A stretch of 50,204 nucleotides of DNA, from assembly GCA_903872065.1 (NCBI GenBank), contig CAIQJJ010000492.1, positions 1 through 50,204 of the forward strand, in the 5' to 3' direction. This DNA is from an uncultured Anaerolineales bacterium (lineage in GTDB: Bacteria > Chloroflexota > Anaerolineae > Anaerolineales > UBA4823). Of this stretch, positions 18,372 through 27,645 are shown one piece after another (position 1 is the stretch's first letter; every line of letters starts with the position of its first letter). A program made the position numbers and the translations under genes. The notes below the pieces were generated by a model. It saw only the letters and a program-made list of their open reading frames with translations, ran no database searches and was not told the origin of the DNA.

Positions 18372-20237
18372 CTATGGCGCCGGAAGTAAAACGCGAAAAG
18401 TAGCGCCAGCGCCAACAGTGCTTTCTACAAAGAGCTTCCCTTCGTGCTGATTGACGATGGACATACAAGCCGGTAAACCCAGGCCCGTACCGCCGCGGGC
18501 GGCCTTCGTGGTGAAAAACGATACCCAGATCCTTTGAAGCATCTCTGGAGCAATTCCAGGCCCATTATCGGTCACATCTACCTGAACATAGTGTGGGTCG
18601 TCGCTGAGACGCGCCGTAACCACAATCTTGGGCTCCGCGAAACCATAGAGGGCTTCCCACGCGTTTTTGATCAAATTATTAAATAACTGACTCAGTTGGC
18701 GCGCATCACCGCGTAAATGAGGCAAAGACGCCGCCTGGCGAAGTTGGACAACCCCAGGCGGCAGCGCCATCTCAAAAATCGTCTGCTGCAGCAAAGCGGG
18801 CAAATCAATCTCCGCGATATGTTTCAAGCGCGCCGGCCCAATCAAATCTTCTTTCACATCTAAGATCGTCTGGGCGCTCTGCTCGATAATGATAAGATCT
18901 TCAAGGATCGATTCAAGCGACAATAATTCTATCGTAGAAGCCGGGATTTCCATAGGGATTGTGGGGATAACGCGCTTCCAGGCCGGCCACAAAGGATGAC
19001 TGGAAAGTTCACCACCAGCGGTCAGGTTACAAAAAATTTGCGCTAACGCCAGGATATCCTCCCGCGCACGCCGGGCGCTGCCAGGAATTGGCGCAGCCTT
19101 ATTGCCCACCCAATGAATCGCCTCGCCGGTTGCAGCGGCAATCGCTTCGAAGGTTTTCACCCGCAGCAATTCCTGGTTGGCGCATTCCAGGTCGCGCAGC
19201 AAATGGGCATTATCAATGGCGACCGCCACTTGATCGGCCAACGCTTGAAGCGCCGGCATATCCTCTTCGCTAAATGCCTCTGGCTGATCGCTGTAAAACG
19301 AAAGCGCCCCCAAAACGGTTCCCTTAATAATTAAGGGCAGGGCTAATTCTGACAGGCTGGGAAGGTCAGCAAAATCGAGCAGTTCAACGGAGGCCAACGA
19401 ACCATCTGAAACCTGGCGCGTGATCTGCGCTGCTCTTTGCATGATCGAACGCCCCACCGCGGATTGATCGCTAATATCCAAACTGTAGCCCTGCGCCAGG
19501 AGGGAATTTCCCAGCTCGCCGCGCCCGGCTCGCAGTGCGGCCTGCTTTTGGTCAGCAGATAGGAGATAGATGGCCGCGAAATAGAGGGTATATTCTTCGC
19601 AAATCACATCTACTGTCACCCGCAGCAGTTCGTCCAGGTCGAGGATGGAGGTGATGATATGACTGACGCGAGCAGCAGCCTCGAGCAAGCGCTGACGACG
19701 CTGCAAGGCGCCGATCAAGCGCTGATTCTGTTCATTCAGAAAGGCATTGCGATCGGCCGTTCTGGTCAATTCGCGCACTTTGCCTTCCAGTCGCGCAACC
19801 AGGTCGGATGCGAACTGCTGTTGGTGTATGGCGGCGTTGGGCAGAGATTCGCGCTTGCCCCCTAAAAATTCACCGATCTGTTCGACAAATACATCAATAT
19901 CAATTGGCTTGGTCAGATAGCCGATGCAGCCGGCCGCCAGGGCGCGCTGGCGCGCTTCAACTGAGGTATCCGCGCTAAAAGCCACCAACGGCGTATTCGG
20001 CAGCAGCGTTTTCAGACGCGCCGCCAGTTCACTGCCGTTAAGCTGAGGCAGATTCATATCTAACAAGATCAAGTCGGGATGGGTATCTAAAGCCAGTTCA
20101 ATCCCCCCTAAAGGTTCTGCCGCTTCGAGGACAATATAATGGCGAGAAAGCACGCGGCTCACCAGTGCGCGCGCATCGGCGGTGTCTTCAATATAGAGGA
20201 TTTTCGGCTGCGAACGCGGATCCATAGTGGTTATCAT
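18372..20237 (-). CDS. Hybrid sensor kinase REC-GAF-HisKA-HATPase
   Basis: Receiver ILYIED..LILLDMNLP..TKP, GAF, H-box AIHWVGNK, NLIKNA, DNGPGI, FFTTK, GTGLGL. Confidence 0.88.
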   Translation of the reverse strand: MITTMDPRSQPKILYIEDTADARALVSRVLSRHYIVLEAAEPLGGIELALDTHPDLILLDMNLPQLNGSELAARLKTLLPNTPLVAFSADTSVEARQRALAAGCIGYLTKPIDIDVFVEQIGEFLGGKRESLPNAAIHQQQFASDLVARLEGKVRELTRTADRNAFLNEQNQRLIGALQRRQRLLEAAARVSHIITSILDLDELLRVTVDVICEEYTLYFAAIYLLSADQKQAALRAGRGELGNSLLAQGYSLDISDQSAVGRSIMQRAAQITRQVSDGSLASVELLDFADLPSLSELALPLIIKGTVLGALSFYSDQPEAFSEEDMPALQALADQVAVAIDNAHLLRDLECANQELLRVKTFEAIAAATGEAIHWVGNKAAPIPGSARRAREDILALAQIFCNLTAGGELSSHPLWPAWKRVIPTIPMEIPASTIELLSLESILEDLIIIEQSAQTILDVKEDLIGPARLKHIAEIDLPALLQQTIFEMALPPGVVQLRQAASLPHLRGDARQLSQLFNNLIKNAWEALYGFAEPKIVVTARLSDDPHYVQVDVTDNGPGIAPEMLQRIWVSFFTTKAARGGTGLGLPACMSIVNQHEGKLFVESTVGAGATFRVLLPAP

Positions 20238-20268
20238 TTCTTGATTCTTGGCAAATCGCTAAAGCTCG

Positions 20269-20823
20269 CTACAGCTTTGGCAATACAATGGCTTGCTGGC
20301 TCTGATATTTGCCCTTTTTATCCGCATAGGAAATCTCACACTCTTGATCGCCTTCAAAAAACAATACCTGGGCAATCCCTTCATTGGCATAGATGCGCGC
20401 CGGCAAGGGAGTTGTATTGGAGATTTCGAGGGTTACAAAACCTTCCCACTCTGGCTCAAAAGGAGTGACATTGACGATAATCCCACAGCGCGCATAAGTA
20501 GATTTTCCCAGGCATACGGTCAATACCTTGCGCGGGATGCGAAAATATTCGATGGTGCGCGCCAAAGCGAATGAGTTGGGCGGAATGGTGCAAACTTCAC
20601 CGCGGAAATCCACCATGGACATGGGATCAAAGTTTTTCGGATCTACGACCGCCGAGAAAACATTGGTGAAGATTTTAAACTCATCCGCCACGCGAATATC
20701 ATACCCATAAGAGGATAACCCATAAGAAATCACCCCTTTACGCACCTGGCTATCCACAAATGGCTCAATCATGCGCTGCTCCAAGGCCATTGTCTTGATC
20801 CAATGATCGGGTTTAAGTCCCAT
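20269..20823 (-). CDS. dcd: dCTP deaminase
   Basis: [40 protein letters not shown]. Confidence 0.96.
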   Translation of the reverse strand: MGLKPDHWIKTMALEQRMIEPFVDSQVRKGVISYGLSSYGYDIRVADEFKIFTNVFSAVVDPKNFDPMSMVDFRGEVCTIPPNSFALARTIEYFRIPRKVLTVCLGKSTYARCGIIVNVTPFEPEWEGFVTLEISNTTPLPARIYANEGIAQVLFFEGDQECEISYADKKGKYQSQQAIVLPKL

Positions 20824-20840
20824 GTCTTTCTCTACTCCTT

Positions 20841-22664
20841 TTACCAACCACTCGCCTTAAAAATTACCCTTAAGAACTCAGCGCGTTCATCCGGCGTCAT
20901 TGGGCGCGAGCGAGCCATATCCACAAAGCGAATGGTTAACAACTCCGTACTGAGGTAGCGTCCATTGTAAAAAATGTGGCGGTCTATAAACGCGCGCTGA
21001 GCAATGTGATCGCCGCCAGAATCGATCTCTTTGATCTGGTCGAAAAAGAGATTGCCCAGGCCATAGTGAATCAGACCGTCGCCGTAAAACTCAAAATTCT
21101 GAGGTTGGTGGGCCTGGCTGCCCTGTACAATCACAGCCCCGGCGTTGACGAATCCGGTAAAATCCTGGCGATATTCGGGCTTGACTTTATACGTATAATA
21201 TTCCTGGTGCTGCATGGTGGCAATGACCAGGTAGCCCTGCTGTTTCAGCGTCTCAACCTGGGAATACAGGCGCGGGAAATCACATTCGGCGGCCCCTGGC
21301 TCAGTAGCGCTCGCTTTGGCGTAACCGCCGCCTTTCGCATTACAACCAATAAAGGCAATTTTATTGCCATTGTGTTCAAACAGAGCCGGGCTAAGACCCT
21401 CATCCAGGTTGAGTCCGCCGCCATAATATTTCCAGCCTTCTGTTTGATACAGTTCAATGGTGTAGCGCATCGCATCGGCATCCCGATCAATGAAATGATC
21501 GCCGCTCAGTTCCACCACATCCACGCCAATATCCTCCAGCAAAGCAATATAACTCGGATTGCTGCAAAAAACCAGTTCCGTTTGGGCCGGATTGGGCAGG
21601 GGGCATTCGGGGTCAAAAGCAATTTCGTTGCTGACATGCGTCAGGTCCGCCAGGCGCAGCCAATCACGGATGTCCTGCGCCGGGTAAAGGATGCCTTTCG
21701 CATCCATCGTCCAGGCGGTGGCGCGCACCATAGCCGTCACGCCAGTCATCGCCACGACGGTCATCAAATCCGGATCGCGATTGGCAGCCGGCGCAGTCAC
21801 CCCCGGCGGCAGTTCGCCGCTTGCCGAGAACGGAACTGCAAGCGGATAGGCTGCGAGATCAAAATCTTTGTGCAGCGGCGACTGTCCATCAATGGTCAAT
21901 ACTTTCCAACGGGGTTGAAGCGCCTCAAAGGGCACAATCGCCCAGGCCGGCTTTTGATTCGAGGCGGCTTCCACCAAGCGCTCGGCAGGAAAGAGCTGGA
22001 CCGCCTGCGCAGCCGGCGCGCCCCAAAAAGCGGTCAAAACCGCCTGCGTTTCCGCGTCCATCATCAGAGGGACAGCGAAAGATTGCGGCGAGACGCCTTT
22101 CCAGGCGGCATGAAGTTCTTCCGCGGTAACGCCATCTGGAATGGTCGGAAACGGCGCCACCAGCGCGTATACCCAACGACTGACGGGGGCAGCGTCGCCA
22201 TTGGTAGAGTCAATGCTCAAGCGCAGCGTCGCATCCTCGGCTTTGTCAACACGCTGCATCTCCGCCGGCAGCACAATCTGCTGGCGAAAGGCCGCCGGCA
22301 GATTGGGATCAACCCACAAAGATTGAGGGGGCTGCGTCGGCGCGGGCGATGCAGTTGGCGTCGGCAAAGCATCAGAAGTCTCCACCAAATCAGGCGTCTC
22401 CATCAAATCGAGCGTCTCCACTACGCCGGGCTTGCTTAACGGAGTCGCTGGAACAGGCGTCTGACTTGATTCTGCTTCAACAACGACCCCGGAGGTTATC
22501 CGTTCAGCAAATAAAGCGGTCATGGTTGGCCAACGAGGATCAAATGTAGCAGATGGCGCGGGGCTGCAGGCTGAAAGCATGACCAAAAAGATCAACATCA
22601 TACAACCAACGGGCCATTTTTGCCAGAAGGCGGCGTCCATGCGGAAAGAATGATCTGGCCTCAC
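20841..22664 (-). CDS. CapA (PGA_cap) family lipoprotein with N-terminal binding-protein-like domain
   Basis: Lipobox MLSAC, P/T linker, and C-terminal metallophosphoesterase-like motifs [23 protein letters not shown]. Confidence 0.8.
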   Translation of the reverse strand: MRPDHSFRMDAAFWQKWPVGCMMLIFLVMLSACSPAPSATFDPRWPTMTALFAERITSGVVVEAESSQTPVPATPLSKPGVVETLDLMETPDLVETSDALPTPTASPAPTQPPQSLWVDPNLPAAFRQQIVLPAEMQRVDKAEDATLRLSIDSTNGDAAPVSRWVYALVAPFPTIPDGVTAEELHAAWKGVSPQSFAVPLMMDAETQAVLTAFWGAPAAQAVQLFPAERLVEAASNQKPAWAIVPFEALQPRWKVLTIDGQSPLHKDFDLAAYPLAVPFSASGELPPGVTAPAANRDPDLMTVVAMTGVTAMVRATAWTMDAKGILYPAQDIRDWLRLADLTHVSNEIAFDPECPLPNPAQTELVFCSNPSYIALLEDIGVDVVELSGDHFIDRDADAMRYTIELYQTEGWKYYGGGLNLDEGLSPALFEHNGNKIAFIGCNAKGGGYAKASATEPGAAECDFPRLYSQVETLKQQGYLVIATMQHQEYYTYKVKPEYRQDFTGFVNAGAVIVQGSQAHQPQNFEFYGDGLIHYGLGNLFFDQIKEIDSGGDHIAQRAFIDRHIFYNGRYLSTELLTIRFVDMARSRPMTPDERAEFLRVIFKASGW

Positions 22665-24208
22665 AATGATAGGTCTCCTCGTTCGACAAGTTGAATTTGA
22701 ATCCGGTTTTGTAAAATTGCGGCGCGCGCTTCAAGCGCAGATAAATCCGCTAACAACTGTTCAGCCGCAGCGCGGTCTTGCAGCATCGGAATATTTGTGC
22801 GGACATTGAGGCCAGCAATCCTCAGGGCAGAACCCGCCAAAACCGCGGCGCTCCCCCCATCGCTCATCGCATTCAGATTACCCTTCGCAACCACTTCAAG
22901 CGCCAACTCAAGGACGCTAACCGCCTTTTGGGCAACCTCCAACGGCACTTGTGCGGCCACCAAAGTCGCTTTTTCAATGGCCTGGCAACGCGCCTGATCT
23001 GGGGACGGCGCGCCGTTAGGAAGCTTCATGGCAGCCATGACTGCCTGATAAGCTTCTGCATCGCGCGTTACGGCGGCTTGCAGATCTGCCCGCAGCGCCT
23101 CAGCGCGCTCAATAATAACCTGCATCTGGTTTTGCACGGCAAGATATTTTTTCTTCCCAACGGTTAAGCGCGCCACCATTGCCACCAGCGCCGCCCCCAT
23201 TGCGCCGGCGTAAGCCGCAGCCGATCCCCCCCCCGGCGTAGGCGTTCCAGCCGCCAACTCATCCACAAAAGACTCGCTCAATGACGCAAGGTCTTCGCCA
23301 GGAGGGGTCGTCTGTGTCTCCTGCAGATGATGTTCCAAGATCTGATCCGGCTCAAACTGATCCAACTGAAGATACCAGACCGCGGCATCCACCAGGGCTT
23401 GCTGAGGCGTCAAACCCACCAGTTCGGAATGGTGAATCGCTGCACCATAACGCGCCGCCTCACGGCGGATGGTTTCAACCACCAAAGACAAGGGGGTGGA
23501 GCGAAAATTGGTCAGATTCATCGAAACCTGGGCGCGCCCGTCCACTAAAATCCCCATGGCTTTGACATAACGAAAGCCGCCGGATGAATTGCGCACAGTT
23601 TTGGCGATCTTTTTGGCAATCTCCACATCGCCTGTGTTCAAGTAAACGTTAAATGCCAGCAAAGGCTGGCGAGCGCCGATCACTGTCGCGCCAGCGGTGC
23701 CCAAATAACGCGGCCCAAAATCAGGATCGCGCGCCGGGTCAACCCCAATCTCAACTTTCAGGGCCTCATATTGACCACGGCGGATATTTTCCAGGTTTTG
23801 CCGTTCTGGCAAGGTCGCGGCTTCTTCGTAAAGATATACTGGAATATTCAATTGATCGCCCACGCGACGTCCTAACCGGCGCGCCAGTTCAACACAATCT
23901 TGCATCGAAACATCTTGTACCGGCACAAAAGGCAGCACATCTGCTGCGCCAATGCGCGGGTGGCCGCCAGTATGCTCATCCATGTTGATCAGGTCCGCCG
24001 CGGCAGCCACTGAACGAAAGGCCGCTTCTAACACTGCTTCAGGAGGGGCAATAAAAGTTAAAACACTGCGATTGTGATCCAGATCAGAATGGCGATCCAA
24101 CAAGCGCACCCCGCCCACGCTGGTGATCGCTGCCGCAATCGCCTCCACCACCTCAGGACGACGGGCTTCAGAATAGTTTGCAATACATTCAACCAAAGGG
24201 TTTTTCAT
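22661..24208 (-). CDS. ftcd: Bifunctional glutamate formiminotransferase / formiminotetrahydrofolate cyclodeaminase
   Basis: LVECIANYSE, DLDHNRSV, HPRIGAAD, QVSMNL; C-terminal PTPGGGSAAA cyclodeaminase domain. Confidence 0.92.
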   Translation of the reverse strand: MKNPLVECIANYSEARRPEVVEAIAAAITSVGGVRLLDRHSDLDHNRSVLTFIAPPEAVLEAAFRSVAAAADLINMDEHTGGHPRIGAADVLPFVPVQDVSMQDCVELARRLGRRVGDQLNIPVYLYEEAATLPERQNLENIRRGQYEALKVEIGVDPARDPDFGPRYLGTAGATVIGARQPLLAFNVYLNTGDVEIAKKIAKTVRNSSGGFRYVKAMGILVDGRAQVSMNLTNFRSTPLSLVVETIRREAARYGAAIHHSELVGLTPQQALVDAAVWYLQLDQFEPDQILEHHLQETQTTPPGEDLASLSESFVDELAAGTPTPGGGSAAAYAGAMGAALVAMVARLTVGKKKYLAVQNQMQVIIERAEALRADLQAAVTRDAEAYQAVMAAMKLPNGAPSPDQARCQAIEKATLVAAQVPLEVAQKAVSVLELALEVVAKGNLNAMSDGGSAAVLAGSALRIAGLNVRTNIPMLQDRAAAEQLLADLSALEARAAILQNRIQIQLVERGDLSL

Positions 24209-24270
24209 AAGCGCCTCAAAATATCTATCAATTATACCCTTTTGATCCAAGCATTACGGGTTCGCTCTGC

Positions 24271-24316
24271 AAAAAAAACGACATTTTGGCGCGAGAACGT
24301 CAAAACGTCGTTTTTT
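24271..24316 (-). terminator. Rho-independent terminator downstream of the V4R gene
   Basis: A8-CGACATTTTGGCG-loop-CGTCAAAACGTCG-T6. Confidence 0.65.
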
Positions 24317-24353
24317 ACCTCATTTTGATCCGATTAAGAGCTTGTAGAAAACC

Positions 24354-25022
24354 TCAAGACTTGGGCGTCTTACTGACTTCCCACACACAGGCCGGGTCGC
24401 CCATGGCGCGGCACTCAACTTCTTCCACCTCAAATTCTTTGCCCGTCAACCAAAAAGCTGACTCTTTCAGGGTACCAATTCGACCCCAACAAATATGCGT
24501 ATCAGCTTTCTTTCCCGCGCAGAGTGGGCATTCTACCGAAACAAATCCCCAGGAATGACCACGATCTTCTACCCGAAAATGCAATTCCTGGCCCGCATCT
24601 TGATACAGCTTGCGATACCCATCAGCCATACTATCCAGGACAATTTTCACCTGCATCGCCGAGGGCATCAAGCGGGCTGCGGTGCGCGCGGTAACATTGT
24701 AAACCGCGCTTTGCTTTTCAATGGCATATTTTGAAGTTAACCGCCCAATGCGCACCACCATGCTTTTGCCGGCCCGTCCAAAAAAGGTCAATAACCCGGC
24801 GCACAGATTGGCATAATCGCCCAGGGTAATCTCGCCGCTGATCTTGAGCAGTTCGGGGGGGTAATGGTCAATAAAACGCTCCAGGTTGTTACTGCGCAGC
24901 ACAACCGCCAACCCCTGCTTCCCCACCACCTCTTCGGCAGCCAACAGCGCCCAGCGCATATAGGCATCTACCAAATACAGCTTTGCCACTGGATCTTTTT
25001 TGGAATTATCTTTGATGTCCAT
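24354..25022 (-). CDS. Stand-alone V4R (4-vinyl reductase) domain protein
   Basis: CPLC..HIC..EVEEVECRAMGDPAC V4R cysteine pattern. Confidence 0.85.
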   Translation of the reverse strand: MDIKDNSKKDPVAKLYLVDAYMRWALLAAEEVVGKQGLAVVLRSNNLERFIDHYPPELLKISGEITLGDYANLCAGLLTFFGRAGKSMVVRIGRLTSKYAIEKQSAVYNVTARTAARLMPSAMQVKIVLDSMADGYRKLYQDAGQELHFRVEDRGHSWGFVSVECPLCAGKKADTHICWGRIGTLKESAFWLTGKEFEVEEVECRAMGDPACVWEVSKTPKS

Positions 25023-25033
25023 CAAAAACTCCT

Positions 25034-25444
25034 CTACTTGGGCAATTCGTACAGTTCTACCATCACACCGAACGCGCTCTTGGGATGAATGAAGGCATAC
25101 TTCTTACCTTCCGCGCTCACTTTTGGCTGCTCATTGATCAATTGGATTCCTTTGGCTTTCAGTTGCGCCAACATACCTTCGATATCATCCACTTCTAAGC
25201 ATAAATGGTGCATGCCGGGGCCGCGTTTTTCAAGATACTTCGCCAGCCCCGAATCAGCAGTCGTCGGCTTTACCAGTTCCACCTCACTGCCGCCAGTCGG
25301 CAAAAAAGCGATCTGGGCCATTTCGGTCGGAATGTCTTTGACATGAGAGACATCTATCCCCAGTGCATCTCGCCAAAACGCCAGCGGAGCATCCAGATCA
25401 GCAACGAGAATCGCGACATGGTCAATGCGAGTGACTTTTGCCAT
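25034..25444 (-). CDS. mce: Methylmalonyl-CoA epimerase
   Basis: IDHVAI, EVELV, GPGMHHLCLEV, AFIHPKSAFGVMVELYE. Confidence 0.92.
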   Translation of the reverse strand: MAKVTRIDHVAILVADLDAPLAFWRDALGIDVSHVKDIPTEMAQIAFLPTGGSEVELVKPTTADSGLAKYLEKRGPGMHHLCLEVDDIEGMLAQLKAKGIQLINEQPKVSAEGKKYAFIHPKSAFGVMVELYELPK

Positions 25445-25459
25445 ACAGCCTCCAAAATT

Positions 25460-25771
25460 TTAGATGATCGGAGCGCCTTCAAGTCGGTCGTGGGGGCTGT
25501 GGAGGTAGCCCGTCACCACGACCTCTGTATCTTGTTCGCGAATGACGCGCACCGGCAAAGAAACATCGAATGTGCTGGCAACGTGCGGCAGGCGGCGGCC
25601 AATGACAAAAAGTTTCTTTGCTTTCAACCGCGCCAGTAATGTCTCGCGATCCAACAAGACACGATCTGAATAGGTTGGCCCGCGGCGTTCATAAACCCGC
25701 ACCCAGGCAATTTTTCCATCCGGTGCATAATGAACCGCTTCGATAACACCATCAATCTTATATTTAAACAT
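25460..25771 (-). CDS. Hypothetical protein (103 aa)
   Basis: ORF with SD GGAGG, co-oriented with mce; no recognised domain. Confidence 0.7.
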   Translation of the reverse strand: MFKYKIDGVIEAVHYAPDGKIAWVRVYERRGPTYSDRVLLDRETLLARLKAKKLFVIGRRLPHVASTFDVSLPVRVIREQDTEVVVTGYLHSPHDRLEGAPII

Positions 25772-25833
25772 TCGTGACCTCCAAAAAAACGTAATGCGTG
25801 GAGTATTGAATAGCTCCACGCACCACAATTCTG

Positions 25834-25907
25834 TCGGGGCGGCCGGACTCGAACCGGCGACCCCCGCGTCCCAAACGCGGTGCGCTGCCGAACTGCGCTA
25901 CACCCCG
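25834..25907 (-). tRNA. tRNA-Pro(TGG)
   Basis: Cloverleaf CGGGGTG..CGCCCCG-A, anticodon arm CCGCG-TT-TGG-GA-CGCGG, T-loop TTCGAGT. Confidence 0.95.
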
Positions 25908-25931
25908 GTAACTGAGAGTATAATCTGAACT

Positions 25932-26687
25932 ATGAATAACCGTCAAGGATTTGCTACCCCCAACTCGTTTGCAATTTTGTACCATGCCCATCATACGCGT
26001 CACCCGGATGATCTGGCCTTTTTTAGCCGCCTGGCAGAGCAATATGGTGGGCCAATTTTGGAGTTAGGCTGCGGGACCGGGCGCGTCGCGCTCCCATTGA
26101 GTCAACAAGGACACCGCGTCTTGGGCCTGGATGCGGACGTCCACATGCTGGCGCATTTCCATTCTTTCGCCAAACTGCCTGTCTTTCAAGCGGATATGGC
26201 CGCCTTTCGCCTGGCCATCCAATTTCCCTTAATTTTGCTGCCCTGCAATACCTGGAGTACACTCTCGGCGACCACGCGCCAGGCAACCCTGGCGCGCGTG
26301 AAGGAACACCTGGCGCCCAATGGCATCTTTGTAGTCAGCATGCCCAATCCAATCCTGTTGGCGAGTCTGCCGCGCCGGGGCGCGCCGGAGGTGGAAGAAG
26401 TTTTCCCCCATCCGCTGGATGGCGAGCCGGTGCAAGTGAGCAGCGCCTGGCTGCGGGGGGCGCATTTCCTCACCTTTACCTGGCATTATGATTATCTCCG
26501 CGCGGATGGAGTGACCGAACGCGTCACGGCCCAGGCGCGGCACGAACTGTTGAGCGTCGAGGGCTATCTTGCCGAATTTGCTGCCGCCGGCTTGAAAATG
26601 GTAAGCCTGTATGGAGACTTTGATGAGTCTGCCTACACGCCAGAATCCAGTTATCTGATTAGCCTTTTGAGCAAAGAAAACGCCTGA
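25932..26687 (+). CDS. Class I SAM-dependent methyltransferase
   Basis: ILELGCGTGR motif I, VLGLD, QADM, LAPNG. Confidence 0.88.
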   Translation: MNNRQGFATPNSFAILYHAHHTRHPDDLAFFSRLAEQYGGPILELGCGTGRVALPLSQQGHRVLGLDADVHMLAHFHSFAKLPVFQADMAAFRLAIQFPLILLPCNTWSTLSATTRQATLARVKEHLAPNGIFVVSMPNPILLASLPRRGAPEVEEVFPHPLDGEPVQVSSAWLRGAHFLTFTWHYDYLRADGVTERVTAQARHELLSVEGYLAEFAAAGLKMVSLYGDFDESAYTPESSYLISLLSKENA

Positions 26688-26704
26688 AGAGGAATTGACA
26701 AGTT

Positions 26705-26758
26705 CTATCAAATTTCTAACACGGCGCTATCGTTTCTCTGATAGAGCCAGGATATGAT
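26705..26758 (+). promoter_or_regulatory. Putative hsp20 promoter with 11-bp phased direct repeats
   Basis: CTATC (26705), CTAAC (26716), CTATC (26727), CTGAT (26738), then a -10-like TATGAT at 26753. Confidence 0.4.
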
Positions 26759-26816
26759 CAGGTCATCATAAATCAATCAATTGACCGTTTCCTACGGTGT
26801 GAATAAGGAGCAAAAA

Positions 26817-27254
26817 ATGATGACCTTCTATGTAAACCCCTATCGTCGTATGTCCCAACTGCGCCAGGCAATGGATCGCCTTTTGGAAGAGAATTTGACC
26901 GAACCAACTGCAAATGAACGTGAGATGACCCTGGCAGTAGATGTTTATGGTGAAGATGACGCTTTTGTCATCCGGGCATTAACGCCTGGCCTGGACGCGG
27001 AGGATGTGAGCATTGAGATTTTGAACAATACTGTGGCCTTGCGCGGCGAATTCAAGTGTGAAGACCTTCATGAAGGGCAGAACAGGTTTTTGACCTGTGA
27101 ACTTCCCAATGGACGTTTTGGCCGCGTGGTCACTCTCCCCACAGCGCTGGATGCGAGTAAAGCAGAAGCCAGCATCAAGAACGGCGTCTTGACCTTGCGC
27201 ATCCCCAAAGCAGAAGCGCATCGCCCGAAGACAATCAAAGTGTCTGTCGCTTAA
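26817..27254 (+). CDS. Hsp20/alpha-crystallin small heat-shock protein
   Basis: VDVY, PGLDAEDV, FGRVVTLP, ASIKNGVLTLRIPK; SD AAGGAG. Confidence 0.93.
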   Translation: MMTFYVNPYRRMSQLRQAMDRLLEENLTEPTANEREMTLAVDVYGEDDAFVIRALTPGLDAEDVSIEILNNTVALRGEFKCEDLHEGQNRFLTCELPNGRFGRVVTLPTALDASKAEASIKNGVLTLRIPKAEAHRPKTIKVSVA

Positions 27255-27281
27255 GTGGCTTTATAGTTCACCTATTCAATG

Positions 27282-27314
27282 GCGCAGCCCTGGGCAAACT
27301 GCTCAGGGCTGCGC
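27282..27314. terminator. Stem-loop downstream of hsp20, between convergent genes
   Basis: GCGCAGCCCTGGGCA-AAC-TGCTCAGGGCTGCGC; no U-tract. Confidence 0.5.
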
Positions 27315-27378
27315 AACGGAACAACAAAGCAAGGCTGCGCGGATAGCGCGCGCAGCGGGTGAAATGAAACGGGGGCGA

Positions 27379-27594
27379 TTAAAAGGGCATAATCTTTTCA
27401 GTAAGGAATAAGATAAAAAAGCTCATCTCGCAAACCCAGACCAGCAGCATGGCGACAATCACCAGGCGTTGAGGGGCGGTCATTCCAAAAATGCGCGCGC
27501 TTGTTGGCTGGCGCGGCCGCTCTTCAACTACAAATTCATCAGGGTTTTCTTCTTCACTGCCCTGTTCAGCTTGTTTGCGAAGATCGTCGAACAT
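27379..27594 (-). CDS. Small membrane protein (71 aa), hypothetical
   Basis: SD AGGAGG; acidic N-terminus MFDDLR, FGMTAPQR, then a C-terminal TM. Confidence 0.7.
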   Translation of the reverse strand: MFDDLRKQAEQGSEEENPDEFVVEERPRQPTSARIFGMTAPQRLVIVAMLLVWVCEMSFFILFLTEKIMPF

Positions 27595-27645
27595 ACTTCC
27601 TCCTGTACATTTCAGGCTATGCAACCAAAGGCGAGAAGACCAGGC

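Noticed and set aside
20976-22439. Long antisense ORFs (this 487-aa one, 26..1024, 2263..3249, 40906..41736 and others)
   Set aside because: They are shadow frames of well-supported genes in GC-rich DNA and carry no recognisable motifs.
20841-22664. Poly-gamma-glutamate capsule locus
   Set aside because: capB/capC are absent; CapA-like domains commonly occur alone.
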